Positions 26,628-35,300 of a DNA stretch of 52,366 bases are shown here, piece by piece. How positions within the stretch are numbered: position 1 is the first letter of the stretch; every line of letters begins with the position of its first letter. This DNA is from a virus. The notes beneath the pieces are model-generated. The model did no database searches. It had not been told where the DNA came from and saw only the letters and a program-made list of their open reading frames with translations. The stretch lies in IMG/VR virus record IMGVR_UViG_3300030000_000014. One strand, given 5' to 3'. The position numbers and the translations under genes were made by a program.

Positions 26628-26669
26628 GAGTAGAGTAGAGTAGAATAAAGAAGAGTAGATAAGAGTAGA
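26628..26669 (+). repeat. GAGTA iteron tract, copy 2
   Basis: (GAGTA)x3-GAataaagaa-GAGTAGA-taa-GAGTAGA. Confidence 0.8.
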
Positions 26670-26707
26670 AAAAAGCATTTTCGCGAACAATTTTTCAGTA
26701 TGAAATT

Positions 26708-27208
26708 ATGTCAAAAACAATAGAAACAAAAACGGCTGAAACAATTTTGCAAACACCGAATGTCTTTGAAATTTGCGGAAGACGTTTTGATGTTGCACCA
26801 CCAACCACGGCAACGCTCATTCAGGTTTCAAAACTAATGTCACAATTGCCGACCAACCTCGAAAAAACTGATAATTACATATACGGATCACTAATGATTG
26901 CGAAAGACTGCGAAATTATCGGTCTAACAGTTGCAACACTGATTTTAGGTGTGAAAAAACACTCAAACATATCCGAACAAAAGAATAAAGCCTTAAACTG
27001 GCTTAAAATAGGAAAACAGAAAGACCAATCCCAAGAATTCCAATACAAGGAACTTTCTGATTTGATTTTAGAAAATTACTCTCCAAGTCAGTTGGACAAG
27101 TTAGTTGTTGACCTTTTGACAAGAATGGAGCTAAAAGATTTTTTCGATCTTACCATTTCCCTACTCGAAGTAAACCTGCTAAGGAAAACAAAAAGGGAAA
27201 TGGTTTAA
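26708..27208 (+). CDS. Tail assembly chaperone (gpG-like)
   Basis: Position between the tube and tape measure genes. A downstream -1 frame ORF is present. Confidence 0.6.
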   Translation: MSKTIETKTAETILQTPNVFEICGRRFDVAPPTTATLIQVSKLMSQLPTNLEKTDNYIYGSLMIAKDCEIIGLTVATLILGVKKHSNISEQKNKALNWLKIGKQKDQSQEFQYKELSDLILENYSPSQLDKLVVDLLTRMELKDFFDLTISLLEVNLLRKTKREMV

Positions 27209-27426
27209 ACGATAGTATTTGGGCTGTAATAGCAGGGGTTTCTAAGGGTTACACATTGAATTTTGATTATGTCTTGTATGAACTAAGTTACGCAAATGTA
27301 GTCATGTACAGTTCAGTTCTTCCAAGCAACGAAGAAAGCAAAGAACCTGATTTTGACAGTTCTAAAGATGCTAACGACCCGAATAATTTTAATGATGATA
27401 CTGACGAAATAATTGTACGAGCATGA
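26708..27426 (+). CDS. Tail assembly chaperone -1 frameshift product (gpGT-like)
   Basis: The -1 frame is open over 27112-27426 (…AVIAGVSKGYTLNFDYVLYELSYANVVMYSS…) and ends overlapping the tape measure ATG. Slippery candidates are T TTT TTC (27139-27145) and A AAA AGG (27190-27196). Confidence 0.55.
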
Positions 27427-30400
27427 GCGAAAAATGGTGGAAGTCAGGCATTGACAACTCAGGATTAAGAAAAGATGCTGACGAAGCGTCAAACATAGTA
27501 AACGGATTGAGCAACAAAGTAAAAGCTCAGTCTGCACAAATGGATAGCAGTTTTTCCACTGTCGGCAAGAGTCTTGCTGCAATCGGTGGGACGGCTGCTA
27601 TTGCTATGATGGGTAAAGACATTCTCGATACAACAGCTAAGTTTGAAACTTTTGGTATTGTACTTAGAAATTCTCTTGGTGACTTAGAGGGAGATAAGGC
27701 ATTAGGAATGATTGCTGATTTTGCAGCAACTACTCCTTTTCAGTTGGATGAAGTAACCGGGTCATTCATTAAGTTGACAAATCAGGGATTTACCCCTACA
27801 CGTCAAGAAATGGTAAAACTAGGTGATTTTGCTTCTTTCACAAAGAAATCGTTTGACCAATTGACCGAAGCCGTTCTTGATGCTCAGACAGGCGAATTTG
27901 AACGTTTGAAAGAGTTTGGAGTAAAAGCATCTCAATCAGGTGACAAAGTTACTTTCACTTTCAGGGATCAAAAAACCACCGTTGACAAAACAAATGCTGC
28001 AATTCGTGGATATATTCTTTCTCTTGGCGATCTTGAAGGAGTAGCCGGATCAAATGCGAAAATAGCTGCTGCAATGACAGGTATTATCTCCAATTTGGAA
28101 GATAAAATGGCTGCTGCAGCAAACAAAATTGGAACAGACAATAAAACTCTTATTTATGGCATTCTGAATGGAACTACTGCCATTGTAGATAACTACGAAA
28201 TGGTTGGTAAGGTTCTTATGGGTCTTGTTGCTACTTATGGAGCTTACAGGGCTGCCGTATTGGTTGCTACTGCCGTAAGTAAAGGTTATACCATTGCTCA
28301 AAATCTTGAATTTGTTTCGTTACTACTTGTCGAAAAAGCACAGCTTGCGGTCAATGCTTCAATGTTGACGAATCCTTATGTAGCTGCTGCAGTTGCTGTA
28401 ACCGCATTAGTTGCCGGACTTGCTATTTACTTGTCAACGCTCGAAGATGTCAATCAGACTGAAATTTCAAAGAAAACTATTCAGGACAAGGTAAGCAAAC
28501 AGTATGACGAACAGAAGTCAAAGATCGACATGCTTGTTGGTGTTCTGAATAACGAAAAGGTTGCATTATCTGAACGCAAAAACGCCTTGGGCGAACTACA
28601 AAAAATAATTCCGAACTACCACGCTTCGTTGGATAATGAAGGTAAACTTATCAATAACAATAAGTCGGCCATTGACGAATATTTGAAGTCGTTAGAGAAA
28701 GAAATTAGACTGCAAGCAGCTAAAGACGAACTAATTGAACTGTATAAGAAAAAGAGACTTCAAGAAAAAACAGCAAAGGAAAGAGATGCAAGTGCTGCAA
28801 GTGCTGAGGCAGCAGCAAATACTACAATTATTGGCGAAAGTCAATTAGGGGGTTCTGCTCGTGGATTAATGGCCGGGCAAACTAGAGGTTATGCAAATGC
28901 TGCAAAGAAAGAACTCACCGATACAGTAACAGCCATTAAAGCCATTGAAAGCGAACTTACTGCTGAAATATCTACTACTACGACCAAAATTGTCGCTCCT
29001 GAAAAGAACAAAGATTATTGGGAAAAGCAAAAGAAAAATGCTCAGGACGCTTTGGCTTTGATGGGTGAAGCCAAGAAAGGTTCTAAGGAATGGAACGAAC
29101 AAGTCCGTCTGTCGAACCAGGCTACTGAGAAATTGAAACTTTGGGACACTACCGGCAAGGTTGCTACTGAGGTGAATAAGAAAGCTCAGGAAACTGCTGA
29201 TGCCAATTTGAAGATAAAGAACAACGCTGCAAAAGCTGCTCTTGAACAGAAACAAACCGAGATTGACAATCAGAACGCTGTCATAGCCACTCAGGAAGAT
29301 GGTTTTGCTAAGCAGAAATCAGTTATCGAACTTAATCACAAGCAAAGACTACTTGACATTGATAAACAGGCTCAGGAGCTTGTAGAAAAAGAACAGGAAG
29401 CTGAAAAACTGGCTTGGGAGAAAAACGGCAAGAAAGGCGTATTTACTCCGAAGACAACCGATAGTTCAAACCTATCTGCAGAAAGTAAGAAAACACTATC
29501 TGATTCAAAGTTAGTAGTTGATATTACCTACAATGCTGACAACGATAATTTGCTAAAGGAACTTAGCGACAAGTATGCTTTGTTTGATGAAAAACGAAGA
29601 GAAATTGACCGAAAATATTCTGATGATGGTGTAGCTATAAAGGCTATGTTCAGTGGTGAAGAACTTGATGTGAAATTGAAAGAACTTGACTCAAGACACA
29701 AAGAAGCAATCAAAGGGGTCAATTCTGACGAATCGGATTCTCTATTGAAAACATCAGACCTATTCATTCAATTGTTTGGTGATGCTTCTATGAAGTCTGT
29801 GAATAGTATTCGTGCTATTTCTGCCGAGTCACAAGCATTATTTGATTATCTGAATAACACTTCTGTTGGCGATCTTACGGACAAGTTTGGATTTTCTAAA
29901 GAACAACTGACCTCTTTGAAATTGAGCAAAGAGCAGATGAAAGGGATGAAGGACCAAATAACCACCCTGAATGGTACGGCTGACAAAGGTGAGTTAGTAT
30001 TTGGTGAGTTTGGTGCCAACATCAAGAAAGTGTTTGACGGTTTTGGGAAAGGAAAAAAAACGGTTGGTGAGACTCAGAAATTAATGGAAGGGTTGCAAGG
30101 CACTCTTCAAACTGTTTCTTCATTTGCCGGACAAGCACAAGGACTTCTCAACGCAATGAGTACCGAAGAGGGCGATGCAGCAAGTTCAGCAGCAAAAAGC
30201 ATTGGTGCCGTTATGGACGTTGCTAATTCTACCATGCAAGGATTTCAACAAGGCGGTGTTGTTGGTGCTGCTGTAGCATTTACCATGTCAGTTGCTACTA
30301 AGATATTTGAAGCCGAGAAAGCTCACCAAGCTGCGTTGAAAAAATTGCAGGATGAAAAAACGGCACAGCAAAAGGAGTATAACGATTTGTTGATGAAACA

Positions 30401-31499
30401 AAACGAACTCCTAGAAAATGCAACAAATATTTTTGGAACTGATGCTTATGCAAAGGCCATTGGCTATGCACAGGTTGCTGATAAAATTAGTGAAGCTCTT
30501 TATAGCAAAGAATCAACTGTTGTTCAAAAACGTGGAACTGGAATTTTTGTATCTCTTGTCCCTGAAATAAAGGAGTATAAAGGTGCAATTGCAGAACTGA
30601 ACAATGCAAAAGTACAAACCGGTTCGCACAAAACGGGGCTGTTTGGTTGGGGAGGAGAGAAAGCAGATTATTCAGGCTTATTGGCAACATATCCTAAACT
30701 GATTGATGGTCAAGGAAAGCTAAACCAAGAACTGGCTCAATCGATTTTGGATAACAAAACGCTTGATGAAACGAGTAAAAAGGCTCTGCAATCTGCTTTG
30801 GATTATTCAAAAGAATATGATGATGCTTTACAATCATTAAGTGACTATCTAACTACCGTTTTTGGTTCATTAGGTACTGACATGATGACTGCAATAACAG
30901 ACAATCTTAACGATACTCAATCAGCGATTGATAAGTTTGGTGAATCTGCTGCAAAGTCTATTGAAAAGCTAATGACTGATATAGCTTACTCAATGTTTTT
31001 GGCTGATAACTTTACGAAGTTATCGAATGACGTAAAAGCTGTTATTGCAGATAATTCACTAACTCCCGAACAGCAAGCAGCAAAGGATATTGCCTTATTA
31101 GGTGATTTTTATTCAAATGTTGGATCAGATGTTGAAGCAGCAAATAAGTTTCTTTCAGATAGTAAGGATGCAGCAGCAGCAGCCGGTTTTGACCTTTGGA
31201 ATAAAACTACACGTGAAGCCACGACAAAGGGTTTTGCATCTATGAGTCAAGATACTGGTACTGAATTGAACGGTAGATTTACTCACATGGACGGTACCAT
31301 GACAGAAGTATCAACCAATACTTTAAGAATTGCAGACAGTATGGATTTATTGAAAGCAAATTCAAGCAGTATTCTTGAAAATGTCATTGAAATAAAAGGT
31401 CATACGTCAAGACTTGAAGCCATTGAAAATGGGATAGGTTCAATGAAAATGAGTCTTGATTCAATTAATACTAAGGGAATAAATATCAAAGTAGGATGA
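27423..31499 (+). CDS. Tail tape measure protein
   Basis: 1358 aa. N-terminal TMP-type domain (ALGMIADFAATTPFQLDEVTGSFIKLTNQGF), hydrophobic segment and long coiled coils. Confidence 0.85.
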   Translation: MSEKWWKSGIDNSGLRKDADEASNIVNGLSNKVKAQSAQMDSSFSTVGKSLAAIGGTAAIAMMGKDILDTTAKFETFGIVLRNSLGDLEGDKALGMIADFAATTPFQLDEVTGSFIKLTNQGFTPTRQEMVKLGDFASFTKKSFDQLTEAVLDAQTGEFERLKEFGVKASQSGDKVTFTFRDQKTTVDKTNAAIRGYILSLGDLEGVAGSNAKIAAAMTGIISNLEDKMAAAANKIGTDNKTLIYGILNGTTAIVDNYEMVGKVLMGLVATYGAYRAAVLVATAVSKGYTIAQNLEFVSLLLVEKAQLAVNASMLTNPYVAAAVAVTALVAGLAIYLSTLEDVNQTEISKKTIQDKVSKQYDEQKSKIDMLVGVLNNEKVALSERKNALGELQKIIPNYHASLDNEGKLINNNKSAIDEYLKSLEKEIRLQAAKDELIELYKKKRLQEKTAKERDASAASAEAAANTTIIGESQLGGSARGLMAGQTRGYANAAKKELTDTVTAIKAIESELTAEISTTTTKIVAPEKNKDYWEKQKKNAQDALALMGEAKKGSKEWNEQVRLSNQATEKLKLWDTTGKVATEVNKKAQETADANLKIKNNAAKAALEQKQTEIDNQNAVIATQEDGFAKQKSVIELNHKQRLLDIDKQAQELVEKEQEAEKLAWEKNGKKGVFTPKTTDSSNLSAESKKTLSDSKLVVDITYNADNDNLLKELSDKYALFDEKRREIDRKYSDDGVAIKAMFSGEELDVKLKELDSRHKEAIKGVNSDESDSLLKTSDLFIQLFGDASMKSVNSIRAISAESQALFDYLNNTSVGDLTDKFGFSKEQLTSLKLSKEQMKGMKDQITTLNGTADKGELVFGEFGANIKKVFDGFGKGKKTVGETQKLMEGLQGTLQTVSSFAGQAQGLLNAMSTEEGDAASSAAKSIGAVMDVANSTMQGFQQGGVVGAAVAFTMSVATKIFEAEKAHQAALKKLQDEKTAQQKEYNDLLMKQNELLENATNIFGTDAYAKAIGYAQVADKISEALYSKESTVVQKRGTGIFVSLVPEIKEYKGAIAELNNAKVQTGSHKTGLFGWGGEKADYSGLLATYPKLIDGQGKLNQELAQSILDNKTLDETSKKALQSALDYSKEYDDALQSLSDYLTTVFGSLGTDMMTAITDNLNDTQSAIDKFGESAAKSIEKLMTDIAYSMFLADNFTKLSNDVKAVIADNSLTPEQQAAKDIALLGDFYSNVGSDVEAANKFLSDSKDAAAAAGFDLWNKTTREATTKGFASMSQDTGTELNGRFTHMDGTMTEVSTNTLRIADSMDLLKANSSSILENVIEIKGHTSRLEAIENGIGSMKMSLDSINTKGINIKVG

Positions 31500-32329
31500 T
31501 AGCAACTTTATACATAGATGGACATGATGTATTTGTCGACTACGGCATTTTCATTACAGAAGGTGGGTATAATGGTTTGTTGTCATTTCCTAGTCTAAAA
31601 GAACCCGACAAAACCGATTGGGCTGAGCGTGATGGAATTGAAGTTGACTTGCTTAACCCGGTGCTTGATGCAAAGAAATTCTCTGTATCATTTGCTGTAA
31701 AATCAAACGGTGACTTCAATGGATTAATGGCATTGATATTCAATCAAGCCTATCACACATTCAATTTTGCAGAAGTAGGATTAATTAAGTCGTTACGTGT
31801 AGTTTCTTGTTCCGATTTCAAAGGAACGAATAATTCATTAAGGTTTTTTAGTTTAGAGTTCTCAGATGACTTTCCGTTGAGTGCATACAGTTATCAGGTG
31901 CCTGTTTCTACGCAAATTTCACAGCGAGGTTACGAACTGGACAGTAATGATTTTTCAAAATATGGAGTTGCAATACTGGAAGGATCGGATGCTGAAATTC
32001 TTAAGCCAAACGCTGTAAAACCAAACTTGACAGTTAATGTAAAGTATGTATCAGGTCAAACGTATTCGAATGATGGTGTTGTTTTTCAGTCGAAAGATGT
32101 CAAATTGAAATGCTTATTACTAGCTACTAACATTTCAGAGTTTTGGCGTAATTACAACGCTTTGCTGTTTGATTTATCAAAGTCCGGACTAAGAACTATC
32201 TACTATTCAGGACTAGGTTATAAGTGTCACTATAAGTCTTCTTCTGTTTCAAGATTTGATATGAAAGGCCGTATATGGTGTGAGTTTGAAATTAGTTTAG
32301 TGTTCACAAAATTAGGAGTTCAAAGATGA
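31496..32329 (+). CDS. Distal tail protein (Dit) candidate
   Basis: 277 aa directly after the tape measure gene. Confidence 0.5.
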   Translation: MIATLYIDGHDVFVDYGIFITEGGYNGLLSFPSLKEPDKTDWAERDGIEVDLLNPVLDAKKFSVSFAVKSNGDFNGLMALIFNQAYHTFNFAEVGLIKSLRVVSCSDFKGTNNSLRFFSLEFSDDFPLSAYSYQVPVSTQISQRGYELDSNDFSKYGVAILEGSDAEILKPNAVKPNLTVNVKYVSGQTYSNDGVVFQSKDVKLKCLLLATNISEFWRNYNALLFDLSKSGLRTIYYSGLGYKCHYKSSSVSRFDMKGRIWCEFEISLVFTKLGVQR

Positions 32330-35300
32330 AAATTTTCAATAATAACATAGAGATAATCGATATAATCGTAAAGGATGAAAGTTACCGTTATCGTACTATA
32401 ATGGGCGAAAACGCATTGACGTTGACGTTCTCACTTTCAACATTTATTGAAATTCCACGTGGTGCATACGCTGATTTTGAAGGAGAACGCTACACGCTTT
32501 TGAAACCTCAGGTTTTCACAGAAATCAGTTCGAAAGAGTTTGAATATACATTGATTTTAGAAAGTGCAAAAGCACTTCTAGGCCGGTACAAGTTCCGTGA
32601 TAGTTCATCAAAGAAATTGAAGTTCGCGAATACTGCTAAGGCAAGTGCACACCTGGCAATGTTGGTTTGGAACTTAAATCAACGTGATTCAGGGTGGAGT
32701 GTTGGCGAGTGTATTGATTCAACAGAAAAGGTATTGAATTTCAATCACACCTACTGCGATGAAGCGTTGAAGATGATAGCACAAAAATTCGATACCGAAT
32801 TTGAAGTTGTCGGGAAAGTTATTTCGCTTAAGAAAATCGAGTACAACAAAGCAAACCCTCTCCCACTTTCGTATGGTTTTGGGAATGGATTCAAGACTGG
32901 CATTAAGCGTGAAAACTTCGATAACTCAAAAGCTGTTGAAGTTCTTTTCGTGTCCGGGGGTGAAAAAAATATAAATGCTTCAACGTATGGATCAAGTGAA
33001 CTGTTGTTGCCAAAAAATCAGACCTTGGTTTATGAGGGAAGAACCTATATTTCTGACGAAAATGGTTATTCAATCAGAAGGGCCGATAAGGAATTATTTT
33101 CTCATATAGAAGATAGTACTGATTGTTCACACATTTATCCATCACGTATTGGTACCATTTCTAGCGTTGTAGTAGTTGATGCAGCTAAGAGTTTCTACGA
33201 TTTTATTGATACAAGCATTCCTGCAGGGCTAGACTATTCCGTTTGTTTGATGGATGGTGAGAAAATGACTGTTATTTTTCAGTCAGGAATACTTGAAGGT
33301 AAAGAGTTTGACGTAAACTATAGCCACTCAACTAGGAAGTTTGAAATTGTTCCTCAGGAAATTGATGGTGTTACAATGCCGAATGCTACATTTAAACCTA
33401 TTGTTGGTGATACTTATGCAGTTTTCGGAATTAGTTTGCCTGATGCTTATGTATGTGATAATGCAAGCAAAACAGGAAGTTCTTGGGACATGTTTCGTGA
33501 AGCAGCAAAATATTTCTTTGAGAACGAAGACCCACGTTATAGCTTCACAGGTGAACTTGATGGTGACTGGACAAAAACAGATTGGGTGAATATTGGTGGT
33601 AAAATAGTTCTTGGCGGTTATGTGAGCTTTACTAACGAAAAGTTTCAACAAACACCTTTGCTTATCAGGATTGTTGGCGTTAAAGACTACATAAACAACC
33701 CTCATACTCCTGTCGTTGAACTGTCAAATATTACTGTAGGTGGTAATAGTTTGAGTAGCGAACTTGGACGAATTGATCAAAACGAAGTTGTTGTTGAAGA
33801 ATCAAAGAAAGATGCGATCCGTTTTGCAAAGCGTGGTTTCCGAGATGCAAAGCAAACAACAGAAATGCTTCAATCGGCATTGTTGAATTTCAGCAGCTCC
33901 ATTTCTCCGCTAACTGTTCAGACTATGCAGGTGATTGCCGGTGATGAAACACTGCAATTTGAATTTGTTTCTAGTTCAACCTCTACCACTTCAGTATCTC
34001 ATAACGAAAACTACAATCCGGCTACGAAACAATTCAGTTCTGAAGCAGGTATTTTGCAGCATAAAACGCTTGGAGTAACTACGCTTTCAAGTTCGCACGC
34101 TGCATCAGAGTTGAAATGGTGGAATATGACCGCATTTGTTTCGGCTGTATTGGATGATAGTAGTAAGTCTTACTATTTGTATGCTAAAGTCAGTAAAACG
34201 GATAATACAGGTGTTTCCTTACTTTCCGAGAATGCAATAGCCCTCGAAAGCGTTGCAGGGTACTATCACCTTTTAATGGGAATTCTCAACTCCGAGAATG
34301 ATGGTGACAGATCGTACAGTCAGTTTTATGGTTATTCAGAACTTACGCCTGCACGAATGACAGTGAAGAAAGTCGTCAGTCCAAGCGGAAATACTTTTTT
34401 CGATTTGGAAAACGAGGTTATCCAAGGAAATATCAAATTTCAGTCGGGGGTTACTGTTGAGACTGGTATTAGTAACGCCAAATCAGAAGCAATTCAAACG
34501 GCTGCCGGAGATGCTACAGCTAAGGTCAATAATTTGCAGATTGGTGGTGAAAACCTTGTTGATGATAGCAGTTATGAAAATGGGCGATCAATTCAAACGT
34601 ATGGAGCAACACCATCTGGAACTGTAAGTGTAGATACATCTATATTTTTTGATGGAAGTAAATCTATGAAGCATATATTCAGTAGAAGTCAATCAGATGA
34701 GCCTTGTGGAATATATAGCATTATGTCGCAATATGATTTTTTAGACAAAATAAAAGGAAAACAGATTGTTCATTCAATATATGTCAAAGCATCAGGGTCG
34801 GCAATCGGTCGAACTATAGTACCATATTTATATTTTGGGGCTACCGATAAATACGGAGATAATTTCACACTTGATGGCAGCTGGCAGCAAATATGGATGA
34901 CAGCGATTGTTCCGACCAACTCGACAGTGTTCTTTTCTTATATTTTTGGAAATTTTACTTCAGGTGACATAATTAATGTAGATTGTGTTTTTGTAGGATT
35001 TGGAAATAAGGTGACAGATTGGAAATTGTCAAAAAAAGATATAGATGCATTTACAATAGCGAAAGCAAATGCAGCGGCAGAATTAGCTTATGCAAATGCA
35101 CAATCGTATGTGAATGCTATAAAAACAGACCTGCAAAGTCAAATTGATGGAAATATAACTTCATGGTTTTATGACTACGAACCAACAACATCGAATATTC
35201 CTGCTTCAAATTGGAACCCTGATTCTGTAAAAGATATTCATTTAGGTGATTTATTTTATTGGACTTCAAAAGGATGGGCTTATCGTTATATGAAATCAGG

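Noticed and set aside
28866-29255. Minus-strand ORFs inside the tape measure, fibre, capsid, portal and Rad50-like genes (for example 28866-29255, 33328-33705, 23487-23789, 15601-15954, 51196-51558).
   Set aside because: They are antisense shadows of long, well-supported + strand genes, with low-complexity Ser/Phe/Leu-rich translations.
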